64,000 bases of DNA from Laetmonice hystrix (lineage: Eukaryota). The first letter of the stretch is position 1. The number at the start of each line of letters is the position of its first letter. The DNA lies in contig OZ249436.1 of assembly GCA_965235115.1 (NCBI GenBank), positions 7,752,001 through 7,816,000 of the forward strand, given 5' to 3'. The notes under the pieces were generated by a model. The model saw nothing but the letters and a program-made list of their open reading frames with translations, was not told the origin of the DNA and ran no database searches. Shown here piece by piece: positions 25,401-38,562 of the stretch. A program made the position numbers and the translations under genes.

Positions 25401-28400
25401 TTGGAATAAGTTGTGTTCTGATTATCTCTGTGGTACAACTTGTGTTCTGATTACCTCTCTGTGTGGCACAACTTGTGTTTTGATTATCTCTGTGTGGCAT
25501 AAATTGTTCTAGATATCTCTGTTATTTTTGTAGGTATTCATTGGGCATGCAGAGACCATTTCCCGAGTGATGTTTACGCCAGATTCCCTGAGTGTTCTCA
25601 GTGTAGGTGAAGCTATCTTTATGTGGGACTTCCTCGCTCAGTGTAGAGATACGCCAGCCATGGAGTAAGTCAAGGAAACATTGTACTCTTTTTCTCAAAC
25701 TTTAAAGAGTGAAAAATTGTTTATATAGGAACAATTGTGTAATAATAGCTGTTAAAATAGATACCTCAACAAGGTAGAGATTCTGTATGTTATTGTTTTT
25801 AGAACATCTCTGTTAAACTTTTAATCCTAAACTCAAGCTTTGCCTTTTTGTCCCCAGGGGTCGTACCTCTGTGAAGAACTATTACACTGGTGAAGGTAAA
25901 GTTTGCAATTAAAGAAATTTTGTGTCTTGTTTAGAATTAATCGAGAGGAAAGCATCAATTTAAAACCATAATTAATAGAACAAAACTTTGGTATTCCAAC
26001 ATGGTGAAAATTAAATAGTGATTATTAATGTGATATCTGCCATGAGGTGTTAGTGATTTAATGATCAATAGTATCAAGTCCAGCTGGCATTGTTTGTTTG
26101 AATTTGTAGAGGAGGAGTTGAATCCTTACAGAGGGATCGGCCTGAGTCCTGGCCGAGCGACAGCTAGCTCACGGATGGGGCTGATTAATGAAGGCATACC
26201 TCGGCACCAAGTCCCACGACCCACACTCTATGACCCCACCACACAGATTGATAATCTCAGCATTATAGAGAAAACTTCTAATGGTGGTAAGGATATGTTA
26301 GCTTGGAGGTACTCTCTGCCTGCCATAGTCTATCTAAGGTGCTACTTTCTTTGTATAGTGGTAGTTCTCTAGAAAAAAGGAAAGGTGGTACAGTTTTTTC
26401 AAATGAAAACGAATGATGGTCATTTCATTCCTTAAAGATCTGCTGGGAGATGAAATTCGGTCAGTGAGTGACTTCTCTGAGAAGGAGGAAGTTTTAATTG
26501 GTCCACAACTCAAGGTGACTGTTGAATCAGACGATGAAGAGGAAATTGGTCTCAAGTCAGGGAAGGAATTTGTAAGTACACAGCTGTAGAAAGCTTCTTT
26601 GTCTTTCTAAATTTACATAAAATCACACTTAATCAAACAACTTGAAATACTTGATATCTGTCACCTTTAATGTGAGAATATTTATTTTATTTTCTTCAAA
26701 ATTTTACTGATTTAAGAATAGATAAACTAAATGGAGGTAAGACTTCAAACTCGAGTTAAAAACAAACTTTTCCTCTTATTTTTATTTTCAGGAGCCTGAA
26801 ATAACAGGCCATGAGGTGTTGGGACGAAGCCCTCAGGTCGAGAAACACCAGAGGCATGCCCCACCTCAGAAACTAGTGGCAACACCTGGTAGTCCTAAGA
26901 AGCGTGGTGATGTTGAACGTCGTAAGCCAACAGTCCAGAAACATTTTATTCAGCGACCCAAACAACATCCATTGGCTCAGGTAAGACTACCGGTAGCTGA
27001 ATTGTACAGGGTCCACACAACGATTCCAAAAAGGCCATAATACCAATAAATATTTTAAGAAACTGCCTGAGTAAATGATGACTTGATGTGGTTTCAGAGA
27101 AGGTACACAGCACCTCCAAGTCAGGCTGGAATCCGACTACACTCAGTAATTGGTTATAATGGTAACGGTCGTGGTAACATGGTGTGGAACGCTGACACTG
27201 GAGTGTTTGCTTACACCTCTGGCTGTGTGATTGTGGTTGAGGATCTCAGTGTGGGAACACAGCAACACCTCATGGGTAACTTACAAACTGTCTACTCTCA
27301 TAGATCTGGATTTTCTGTACAGTCATGTACAGTTCATATACAGTGTGACCTCAGACCTTTGTTAACTGAATACCTCGGTTCCCATTAAAATGCATTGGAT
27401 TGTGAAACATTCAGTATTGAGGTTGCTGAATTGTCTTAAATAGAGAATGTCAGAAAAGGTTCCCAGAAAGTGTTTTCTGATTGTGGGGTACTGTGGATTA
27501 TAGAAGCACAGATTAGTGAGGTCTGACCTTAATTTTGACTCCCCAGTTTTTTGTACCGTAATTTTTGTTGTTGGTGTCGCTTGTCAAGGTCATGCTGAGG
27601 AGATCTCTACGTTAGCACTGCAGCATGACTGTCAGGTAAGGATGTGAGCCAGAGTACATTACTTCATGTCAACATTTACTTCTTACATTAATTTCTGACG
27701 ACCTCGCATAAATCCAAGCTTCTTGTTGCTCTTTTTCTCCATGTCACAGTAAAGTGTGAACTGTTTGCAGGTGTTGGCGTCAGCGAGTGGGTCGTTTGGT
27801 CTGTCTGTCAGTCACATTTGTTTGTGGGACCTTGAGAACATGACATGTAAAAAGGTTCTCAGTCAACATGACAACGATGTCGTCTGCTTGGCTTATTCTC
27901 GTGATGACCGCTTTCTCATCTCAGTTGGTATGGGTCCACAAGTTTTAACAATATCTGGGCTCTGTAGAAAAGAAAATTTAAGGATATCATATTCAGAGCT
28001 CTATAAGAGTGGACTGAATTTCTGTCTGAATGTTAAAATTGGGTACAAATCATGTATGTATTCTGCCATATTTTATGTGCCATTGGGAATGACAAAATTG
28101 AAAAGTGCAGAACATATCAATGAATCTCTTAGTTTATCAAGTTCATGTTATTACTGGCATGTGTTTTCTGACAGGGGATTACAAGGACTGTTCTGTGGTG
28201 GTGTGGAGCACACAGTCCTTTGATATAGTGACGTGCACCCAAACAGATGTCCCAATACATGACCTCAAGTGGGACCCGTACACTGTGAATGAATTTACCT
28301 CAGTCGGGGAGAACGGTACTGTCCTCTTCTGGTTGTTGGATGAGACGGGAGTTACTGCCGTACTCAACGTCCATGAGGCAGATGTTCCTGAGGAGTTACT

Positions 28401-31400
28401 TCAAACTCACCACATGGTATGCAATCTTTCCAAAATTCAGTAAAATTATTTGTAATTCCTGACTTTAATCCCAAGACCAGGATAAGGATTTAAAGATGTT
28501 AAAATGACAGGATGGTTTTGACTTGAGGAAATGAAAATGTCCCGTGTGATTTAGAACGATTGACATGGCTTTCATTCCAGGGAAGTGGCCAGGTAGATTT
28601 TACCTGTCTGGAATATGCAGGAGATAGTACTTTGTATGTTGGTGCAAACAATGGAAAAGTCTCGGCGTGGGACACACGCCAGAACTCATGCTTCATGCAC
28701 TGGGAGGCTGACACACATGAAATTGGTGAGCAGCAGTAACAAATCTATTGGTTTAATTTCAAATGGACCCATTTTCTCATCATCGAAGGGATCTAAAATG
28801 ATGCAAGAATCGGCATGTGTGCTATTTTCAAGATTTATTTCAAATTTGAAAAGAATAAAACAAGTGTTCGTAGAGATCTACTAGAACAAGGGATTTCGTT
28901 TTTATTACACGGCAAAAGACTAAGTTGTCTGATTTGCATGTTCAGTAGGTATTAAGTCAAACATTGTGTGCCATGACAGATATACTGGTTGCCCATGCTG
29001 GCCGTCTCATCACTGGCAGCAGTGGCTGTAATGTGCGCGTGTGGTCAGTGGTTGGCGTGGCAGAGTTACGGTTGCCTGGCGACAATAACACCATGAGAAC
29101 AGATGGACTCGCCATGGAGGATGAGATGAATTTGGATGGACCCATTACCACGGCAGCATTTGATGAAACCATGGACATGGTCAGTATATTGGCATAAACC
29201 TGTGGATGTCACCACTTAAACAGTACCTGGCATGTATACAAAATACCAAATATCACTTTGTAATGTTTGATGATGTCATGTTATGGCACATTCAAAATTG
29301 TAGATACTGGCGTTCAGTGGTATTTCGGATGCCCTTCTTATTCAGGGGTGGCCTATGTTTCATTTTGAGCACCTGCCATGGGTTAAGTGGTCTATGAAAA
29401 TCTACTTGCCATCCCCTGCAATCTAATAGCCTCCGATACTTTCATTACTGGTCGTTGGTTTAATCTTAGCTATAGTTGCACTTGCCACTGAGCGTGGTTT
29501 ACTGGACTTGCCTGGCCCTTGATATTATCATAAAAACAAAATAGTGCAAAGAAAGAGAGACCTATGTTCGTTGTGAAGAGATAATATAGGATGGAAGGTC
29601 TCGAAAAGAACCAATGTAGAACCAGTGTCAAACTCCTATATTACGGTACCTACTCGATCTGTCAGGGTATCGTCGGTACATCGAGTGGAACGCTGTGGTA
29701 CATCAACTGGGCTGAGCGTACCAGTATTCGGCTGGTGTCAGGTCACAAAAGTAAGGTGAATGATCTGGCACTGTGTGATGACAAGTTCCTGGCCTCCTGC
29801 TCCGATGATGGCAGTCTCCGGGTGTGGTCAGTCAGTGATCGAGAGCAAACCCTGCAGTTTCAGGTCCGAGATCAGGTGAGCTGGGCAGCATATATCTGCT
29901 TAATCACATTGCAATATGCAAGGAATTTTTTCTTTTCCTGGGACGAACTTTTTTTCTCACTGGAGAAGAAATGCTGTTAATTTGAAACATCAAAGCAGCA
30001 CGAAATTATTGTTGTCACATTTTTTCACATTGTCCCCCCTTCAGCAACTTAGCATCGTTTTTGATTTTCTGCTAGTCGTGCACCTGCCTTGCCTTTTCTC
30101 CAACGTGGCCTGCCAAAGCATCAACAGTGACCAGAGTAAGTAACTTGGAGGGTACGGCGGTGGTGGCCCACAGCCAGAGGGAAGATGGCATCCGACTTCC
30201 TAATGTGGTAGCTGGTTACAGTGACGGAACAGTGCGTATGTTTGACCTGAATAAGGTGGAGCCTGTACTTAAGATGCATCCCCATGCCGTGGCTGTCACC
30301 GCTATCACTTTCTCAGCAGATGGTGAGCATTAAGAGTTTTACTGCACCTGAACATGGTGTCCAAGAAATTTGTACTTGTATGCAAAAAAAAGACAACAAT
30401 TGTGATTTACTTCTAAAATTAACTATTTAAAATGAACAGTAAGATAGAAAGCATTATAAGATGAGGGTCAGCTCACAGGAAACATTTACTTCCATTGTAT
30501 CAGTTTATGTGAAACTTCCAACATCTTGTCTCATGCACAGGTCGTATGATTCTGTCGGGAGGGAGCGATGGCCTTGTGGCAGTCAGCAGTCCAACAACAG
30601 GCATGACAGTTAGAGTCATCAGTGACCACAAGGGGGCGCCTATCACCTGTCTTGACGTCACTGTTTCTGATGTAGGTCTTTTACAGTCACATTCAGGAGG
30701 AATACAACATTTCTTAAATAAGGTGTCGGTATAATGTTGAGAATCGACCTATAATCAATTACAAGATTGGTAACAAAGGAAAACGATGCATTAAGGGTTT
30801 GTTGATAGAATAAGTTGTTTCATTCAGGATGTGGACGTTGGGGTGAGTGCGCCATTGTTGTGGCTGGCAGTAAGTGCTGACCGGCGTGTTAGCATCTGGT
30901 CCGCTGACTGGTCCAAGGACTCGTGTGAACTCATCGATTGGCTCACCTTCCCTGCGCCGGCATTCACACCAGATGGTGCTGTCGTCAAGCAAGATGACCA
31001 GGTCTGTATCTACGATAACAATTTGTCAAGGCTCAGATTTGTCCTTCCCTTTTGTCAGAAAATACTTGTTGGCTGGTCACAATAAAAAGTAGTGTAATCT
31101 CTGTGGCATGAGGTAATCGTATGTAGCACTGCATATATGTGACACCTTTCTTTTGAGGATGTTATTACAGTCTAGTTGTGTACAGTGCAGTGAGGCTGAC
31201 TGATGACTTATCTGTCATCTAACGACTTTTCTAGAGCTACTTCCAGAGAGTGCCTCCAAGTCTTGCCCAGTTCTCCACAGATGAACCAGACATTGTCATC
31301 TACACTGGTTATGGCATGCAGAAACAAGTGCAGTTTTACAGTCTGACTGAGAGGAAGGTAGTGCGGACCATGGCTTTGACTCACTGGGCCAATGCCATGC

Positions 31401-31706
31401 ACATGGCATCCAACTCTCCCATCATCAGCATAGCAACAGATGGTGAGCCCAATAGTAGATTTTGCCTGGAAAAAAAATCTAACATTTTAGTATCCCCGCC
31501 TTATGGTCTGTATTGTAAAGAAAACTTAATGTTCGACCTGGTTTGTTTCAGAACGCCTCCTCAAGTTAATGGATTACTATGAAGGGAGCTTCCAGGATTT
31601 TGTAGGCCACAACGATGCTATTCAGATTGTGCGTTTCTCCCCAGATGGTAGTAAACTCTTCTCGGCCTCCCATTCGGAAATACTCATGTGGGAAGTCTGC
31701 ATATAG
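16457..31706 (+). CDS. WDR90: WD repeat-containing protein 90 (N-terminal CFA20/DUF667-like domain plus multiple WD40 propellers; centriolar protein), 38 coding exons, ~1907 aa
   Basis: N-terminus MSHLWQHPYVNVFKHF...DKTVKSSVYRITGSIPAGNYIQLPKTSTQSLGLTGRY...ISFSNLFKEFKSTSTWLQFP matches WDR90 as recalled; many GH...WD repeats follow. All introns are GT-AG and phase-consistent. Exons: 16457-16466, 17442-17533, 17779-18091, 18410-18580, 18721-18844, 19227-19303, 19511-19620, 19817-19975, 20106-20234, 20363-20473, 20736-20881, 21078-21135, 21374-21492, 22532-22693, 22874-22998, 23289-23476, 23662-23826, 23953-24092, 24239-24500, 24645-24815, 25000-25128, 25534-25664, 25858-25895, 26110-26286, 26438-26571, 26792-26980, 27098-27275, 27589-27635, 27771-27927, 28175-28416, 28581-28725, 28980-29179, 29666-29875, 30076-30322, 30541-30671, 30828-31001, 31235-31442, 31552-31706 (TAG). 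Confidence 0.95.
16793..17306. mobile_element. MITE (CAGTGGCGGATC...GATCCGCCCCTG) in WDR90 intron 1, with a nested TAACCC-rich repeat at ~16880-17186
   Basis: Imperfect TIR, ATAGG duplicated on both flanks; the inner element is homologous to 10347-10550. Confidence 0.75.
25219..25522. repeat. ~31-bp minisatellite (~10 copies) in a WDR90 intron
   Basis: ACAACTTGTGTTCTGATTATCTCTGTGTGGC-type units, ending just before the 25533 acceptor. Confidence 0.93.
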
Positions 31707-32480
31707 CGTCGATCACATTCAAGGCCAGATTTTACACAGCAGAGGGAGTGTTGATGTGTGTGAAAGACTTAAAATCTTCTCAACATGGGGTCATTCATGA
31801 GAAAATGTCAGTATTTAGAAAAAGAAGTTTTCCAAGGTTCCAAGGAAGGTATATTTCTTGGCAGAGTCCAGAGGTTGTGGAGAGATACCATGGGAATGAC
31901 TGTTTGATTTCTGTGGTGAGCTTGTTATTCCGTCCGACTGAAAGAGCAACTGTCAGTTCTCTAACAAGAGCAACTGTCAGTTCTCTAACGTTTGTTAGAC
32001 TGGATAAGTTCTGATTTCGACAGATCAATCATTGTGCATTAACGACAGATGTGATGAACAGTAATCTTGAAATGTCATTTTTCCATGCCAAACATTGAAA
32101 GTTACTTGCCCATAGAAAAACGGTTACTGTTGGGTAACCCTGAAACCTTAGAAAACATATGAACCCTACTTATATTTTTGTAAACTATTTATAATTCTTA
32201 AAATACCAAAAAAAGCAACTTAGTGATGAAATGCTTTTACTGTTGTATATTTGTTTGTCTACTGTAAATATTTTTATTTTGTTGATAATTTGTACACTTG
32301 ATCATGCATGATGGGAGCTTATTTTATTTCTGTCGTACAATAGAATGAACTCAGCCGACCAAATCAAGAAGAACATACATAGTAACGAGTTTTATTGTAT
32401 GACCAAAAATTTGAACTGAGTCTTGGTCTTTGCCACGCCTCATTTTGTGTTGTCGTTACATGATGGTGTTTTTTCTTAAC

Positions 32481-32491
32481 AATAAAATAAA
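32481..32491 (+). terminator. Candidate WDR90 polyadenylation signal (overlapping AATAAA)
   Basis: AATAAAATAAA ~780 nt after the stop, followed by T/GT-rich sequence. Confidence 0.5.
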
Positions 32492-33660
32492 ATACAAAAT
32501 GTATAAGTTTTGTCAAATGAATTACTGGTGTATAATCTATAATCTTTTGTAGTGCTTGAGCGGAAATTGTAAGATTTCGTCTAAAGGAGAGATTGTTTAG
32601 ATGTTCGGAACTTTTAGTAGCTATTTATTCTATAGCAATACGATGAGGCCAAGCAACAAAACTTCACACAACCTTTTAAATAAGATATCATCGGCGCAAA
32701 GTTGATTAAGCTTCAAAAGGACATCAGAAAATCTTTAACTGGAGTGGATGACGTGAACGCATGATGTTAACTTCTGCTTGCCAGTTCAAATGTTATAGAA
32801 AACTTTGTACTTCATATATTTAGACTGCCGAGGAGAAGCCGAGGGTGTATAGGCCCGTGCCGTTAGTGTGAGGCCAACAATATTTTTGAGACAGAAATTT
32901 TGCAGATAAACAGAGTATGTTGTCCTCTTTCAAAATTCAGCAAAAAAAGATACCTCACCGGGTTAGTTTTTTTTTGTTAAGAGCGTTTGAAATTGATATG
33001 TTCTTCATGTTAATGAATAGCTACACTGTTTGCAATTTTTTTTTACCACTTCTTTTTGGCCTCAAACTAGCACTTTGTCCTCAAGGTATTCATAGAATCA
33101 TACTGCAAAGTATGACAGTGCCTTGGACGCGACCAAAACATTCATGAATACTTAAACTAACAAGACTACTGATACATTGAATTCGTTCATGAATTATAAA
33201 GGCTGGCTTCCCCTTCACAACCCGTCGTGCATGATTGGTGATGTACACTCGTCATATCGAACGTCATCACGCGTTGCTGGAACCAGCTTAGTTAGTATGA
33301 GGAAACATATGTTATATTGATGGAGATCTGTGGTAAGAGGAAACGGTCGAACCTATTCACGAACAAACTGGAAGGTCTCCGGTAGCCTTCATGTAGCGCT
33401 TCACAAATAATTTGAAGCCGGCCTAAGTTTTCCATTCGATTTTTAACAATAGTTCAGTTTTAAAAAAATATTATGGAGGTTAATTACAAGTGGATTTAGT
33501 GGGAACAAATGCAACGGTCGACCGAGATACTCCGGAGGTTTTAGGCCTAACTATGAAGGACTGAATTCAGTTTCTGAGGAGCATATAGCCGTGTCCAAAT
33601 TCAAGACGAGAAGTGAGAAGAAAGAACGTTGATCTCTTTTGGAATTTCTAAAATAAGACT

Positions 33661-36600
33661 ATGAATAAGGTGACCCAGTTTGAGCTCCAGTTGACAAGTC
33701 AAAAACCTTTCTTCAGGCCTGGCGATGACATCGAAGGTATCGTTGTTGTGGAAATAACCGACAAACTGAAAGTGAGAGGTAAGAGTTTAATTAAATCAAG
33801 ATCATTAATGATTAAGACATTGTCTCGCAAATTTCAAGTAATACCCGGCTTTTCACGCCAAAAATGTCTCCATAGCGTTTCGCGTTTCTAAGTTATCAAT
33901 ATCATCCATAGCTCCCCCAGCCATCTATTTGTGTGTTTTTTTTGTTTTGTTTTTTGTTTTGTTTGGGGGGGGGGCTTTTTTGTAATAGAAAAGTGTCAAA
34001 ATCGAGACCCAATGATGAGGAGCTCAGCACAAATCTGAATATTCGGGGGGGGGGGCAAAATCCGATCTGAAAGACAATTACAGGACAAAATCCGACACTC
34101 CCGCAAGGGGGGAGGGGGTGCCCTATCCCGATTCCTACTTATGACTGCCCCTATTTCGCCTTATGGACATGTAATAGGTATGCCTTATTATTTTAGGTTA
34201 TCCCCCCCCATGTGAGATTAATTATGCCATGCATGTCTGCCTCTGCCTATGAATGATAGGCCTATATAGCCCCCCCCCCCCCCATGCCATATGATAGGCC
34301 AATAACCTTTACAATGTTATTGATTTTCGACGTAAATATTAAAGATGTAATATTAAATATTAAACAAAATTCCATTATGAAGATTAGTTAGTATGTTGCT
34401 GTGTTTACAAGGGGTCGACCTGAGGTTTAAAGGCCAGGCTCGGGTCCACTGGCTGGAGAGAGAACTATAGTTAGTATGTTGCTGTGTTCACAAGGGATCG
34501 ACCTGAGGTTTAAAGGCCAGGCTCGGGTCCACTGGCTGGAGAGAGAACTAGTTAGTATGTTGCTGTGTTTACAAGGGATCGACCTGAGGTTTAAAGGCCA
34601 GGCCCGGGTCCACTGGCTGGAGAGAGAACTAGTTAGTATGTTGCTGTGTTTACACGGGATCGACCTGAGGTTTAAAGGCCAGGCTCGGGTCCACTGGCTG
34701 GAGAGAGAACTAGTTAGTATGTTGCTGTGTTTACAAGGGATCGACCTGAGGTTTAAAGGCCAGGCCAGGGTCCACTGGCTGGAGAGAGAACTAGTTAGTA
34801 TGTTGCTGTGTTTACAAAGGATCGACCTGAGGTTTAAAGGCCAGGCCAGGGTCCACTGGCTGGAGAGAGAACTACTTAGTATGTTGCTGTGTTTACACGG
34901 GATCGACCTGAGGTTTAAAGGCCAGGCCCGGGTCCACTGACTGGAGAGAGAACTAGTTAGTATGTTGCTGTGTTTACAATTGGATCGACCTGCGGTTTAA
35001 AGGCCAGGCTCGGGTCCACTGGCTGGAGAAAACTAGTTATAGTATGTTGCTGTGTTTACAAGGGATCGACCTGAGGTTTAAAGGCCAGGCCCGGGTCCAC
35101 TGGCTGGAGAGAGAACTAGTTAGTATGTTGCTGTGTTTACAAGGGATTGACCTGAGGTTTAAAGGCCAGGCCCGGGTCCACTGGCTGGAGAGAGAACTAG
35201 TTAGTATGTTGCTGTGTTTACAAGGGATCGACCTGAGGTTTAAAGGCCAGGCTCGGGTTCACTGGCTGGAGAGAGAACTAGTTAGTATGTTTCTGTGTTT
35301 ACAAGGGATCGACCTGAGGTTTAAAGGCCAGGCCCGGGTCCACTGGCTGGAGAGAGAACGAAGCAACGGCGACAAAAGGCGTGTCGTTACCAAACGATAT
35401 CACAACAAGGAAATCTACTTCAATACAACCATCCTACTCTTCGGAAAGCGTTCGTATATAAATATATACCTAATATACTACACATTTACGTAAAGACCTT
35501 GTATAATTAGGCCTATTTATTTCTTTTCAGAATATTAACCGTTACAAGGTTTCTTTTATGCCTATAGAAACAAGTGTCAATCGGGGGGGGGGGGGGCGCA
35601 CCAGAAAGTTTTAGCCCCTGCTGCTGCACCTTTAATTGTGTTACTTATGATAATTGATATATAATGCTGATCATACTGTGACGAGCTGGGATGGACCCCT
35701 CCCCCCAGCGTAAAGACTGTAAAACGGTAAAAACTTTGCTTCAGACAGTTTCTTAAGAAGACGTCTCTAGAGGCCTATCACGAGAAAAGATTAACCCTCT
35801 GCTGTTTTCTCACACATTGCAGCGGAAGACGCGCCAGGAGATAATCCAGTTCACCCCGCAGGCCTATTTAAGTACCCCTTCAATTTCACCCTGCCCCACG
35901 ACATACCCTCTACATTTGAAAGTGCCTACGGAACCGTTTCATATTCCATTCATGGTGACCTTGACCTACCCTGGGCCATCGACAAGTCCTTCAACCACCG
36001 TTTCAAGGTCGTCCGTGAAGTCGATTTGAATGCAATGCCAGAAGTTAAGGTTTGTTTGAGCCTACCCCGGTACATAGGCGACAGACCTATGTAGGCCTAT
36101 AGAAATTGCCTTGAGCATCATGTTTTAAAATAGGCCTAATGATAAACTTCTTCTCAGGGCCTTTGTAGGCCTTTATGAATAGATCTCTCTAGATCTCGAA
36201 GGCGATGGCGCCTACGTCCAGATGACGGTGCGTGACGGTTTAGTGTTGGGCTTGACTAGGCCTACACATACCTTTCTTCACAAAGAACAACATTATAAAT
36301 GTTTAAATTGCATTCTAGAAGTTTCGAATTTCTCCAGCAAGGCAATCAGTGCCCGCCTTGCAGGAGAAATCGAGATACGGCGTCCACCATATAGGCTACA
36401 TCCTATGAAATGGGCTGACCTTTTGACTTTTCCACAGGAGCCCCTGGGCGTGACGGGGTCGCGAATGCTGTGCTGTCTGTGCTGCAAGCACGGCCCAATA
36501 TCTGGGGATATTTACATTGAACGGATTGGTTACGTGCCTGGCGAGGATATCGTCATCAACGCCGACATTTCCAACAGAAGTCGGCGTAAGATTCTCAGGA

Positions 36601-38562
36601 CGCAGGCCACACTTCTCCAGGTTAGTCCTTCAATCAAAGGTCAGTATACTTTTCAAGGTTAGTCCTTCAATCGAAGGTCATTATACTTTTCAAGGTTACT
36701 CCTTCAATCGAAGGTCATTATTCGCCAGGTTAGTCCTTCAATTGAAGGTCATTATACTTCTCTAGGTTAGTCCTTCAATTGAAGGTCATTATGTACTTCA
36801 CCAGGTTAGTCCTTCAATTGAAGGTCATTAGGCCTATAGGTACTTCGCCAGGTAAGGTCCTTCAACCGTAGGTCATTAGATCTATAGTCTAGGCTGCTTC
36901 GTCAGGTAAGGTCTTCCATTCGTAGGTCATTAGATCTATACTTCTTAGGTAAGGTCCTCAAACGGCCTGTCGACGTCTATAGACCCTGAAAATACCGTTA
37001 CTGCCATTTTGTCTTGGCACGGCAGTGGGCCTACAGCCATCGGATATAAAGCTCTCGCTACGACCCAAGCACCCAAGCCTGGCCATCCACACTCTCTGAC
37101 ATTGCTTTGGGTCGAATCCTATTTGAGTGGACTCATCAATCGAGGGGGGAGGGCTAAAAGGAACCATTATGCAAGTGATGCATAGTAAAGCTGCTTTAAA
37201 TGAGGCATAGATCTATCCATTCATTTTAATGGCGTTAAGAGGACTTCTATACGTTTCCTATTTTTTTTTTACTTGTCTTATTCTGAATTGTCATATACCA
37301 TTACAAATGTGGAATACATGCCTATCTGTTTAGAGAAGGTTGTCTCTTCCTTTGTAGACAACGTATTACCGATCGACAACCAAGACCAAGACAGTCATCA
37401 CCGACCTGGCGGCTCACACAGAAGAGGCCGACATTCTAGGAGGAAATCATTTCCACTGGGAAAACATAAAAATAAACATACCAAACTGTCAACCTTCCCA
37501 CTTCAAATACTGTGATCTCATGAATATCCAGTACCAGCTCAAAGTGAGTTTCGAAAAATACCTGATTTCCTCCTGATTTCCTGATTTGCCTTTCTTTTTC
37601 ATCAGTGTGTAGATTTTGTAACTAAATCCATGTATAGACTGCAGACACGGGCCCAGAGGGCCGGGGCACGTGCCCCCTCTAGACCAAAAGGGGCCGATCC
37701 CCGTTCTATATATTTCAGACCAACGAGAGTAAAGGAAAAGGTTATGACTGTGCCCCCCTAGGCCCCCCTCCTGGACCCCCCCTGTATAGTCTAGGCCTAA
37801 ACAACAGAAGGTAGTACCGGTAGTATTAGTGTGATATGTATAGATTGGTAGCATACATTGGGCAAGTCGTCACTGAGATACACATTTTTCATGTTTAATT
37901 TCTTAATTCTTTAGTTTTTTATCGACGTGGCTGGACCCGCTGTGGACTTAGAACTACCACTACCCATTATCATTGGCACGGTGCCCGTGGAGAAGATCAC
38001 TACGCCAACAACTACAGAAATATACGCCCAGGAGAAAACAATGGATGTGCCTATAATAGCCCAACCACAGACGGCCTCCTCGCCATTCCACCCGATGGAG
38101 ACGGAGGAACCTTCCCGATCTCCACGACCAGGTAAAACAGAGGGGTTAGTCCCAGAGACTAAGCACAGTGTATAACACTGCGAGTCCACATATTCTTTCC
38201 GAGCAAGGGATTTGCGGTTAAAGTGTAATGGACCCCTGAGCGACACTACCGAATTGGAACTGCAGTTTTGAAATTCTTGCCCGAGCCAACGGCTACTTTT
38301 CATACACTACTACTCAATCTGCGCGCCAATACCGACTTTTCATCGGTTATCAATTCTTCGACAACCCTCTATAGATCATCGTGCAAGGTTCCGGTACTTT
38401 CCATAGCCAGTTTTTGTTTAGCAATATGTTATACTCTGTAGCATTGTTGTGTGTAAAAGACCATCTGCTGTTTATTAATTACACATTGTTTCAGAATCAA
38501 CGCGGGTATCAACGCCAGTCGCTGATATTCCGGATGCCACACTCAATGCATCTAATATCTGA
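33661..38562 (+). CDS. Arrestin domain-containing protein (alpha-arrestin/ARRDC-like), ~372-380 aa
   Basis: Arrestin-N/C motifs FRPGDDIEGIVVV, GIDLRFKGQARVHW, KYPFNFTLPHDIPSTFESAYGTVSY, LCCLCCKHGPI, GYVPGEDIVINADISNRS, IQYQLK, LELPLPIIIGTVP. Exons 33661-33778, 35306-35449 (weak donor C|GTTCGT needed for phase), 35823-36049, 36438-36620, 37358-37543, then either 37915-38175 (TAA) or 37915-38131 + 38495-38562 (TGA). Confidence 0.9.
34385..35358 (+). repeat. 81-bp minisatellite, 12 copies, spanning the intron 1/exon 2 junction of the arrestin gene
   Basis: Unit GTTAGTATGTTGCTGTGTTTACAAG|GGATCGACCTGAGGTTTAAAGGCCAGGCCCGGGTCCACTGGCTGGAGAGAGAACTA. Marker ATG at 34393, 34476, 34557, 34638, 34719, 34800, 34881, 34962, 35044, 35125, 35206, 35287. 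Confidence 0.97.
36617..36960 (+). repeat. 34-54-bp degenerate tandem repeat of the arrestin exon-4 donor region
   Basis: Units GTTAGTCCTTCAAT(T/C)GAAGGTCATT...(C/T/A)AG. Confidence 0.9.

Noticed and set aside
34476..34940. 154-aa repetitive ORF as a standalone gene
   Set aside because: It is copies 2-7 of the intronic 81-bp array; the ATG lies in the intron-derived part of the unit.
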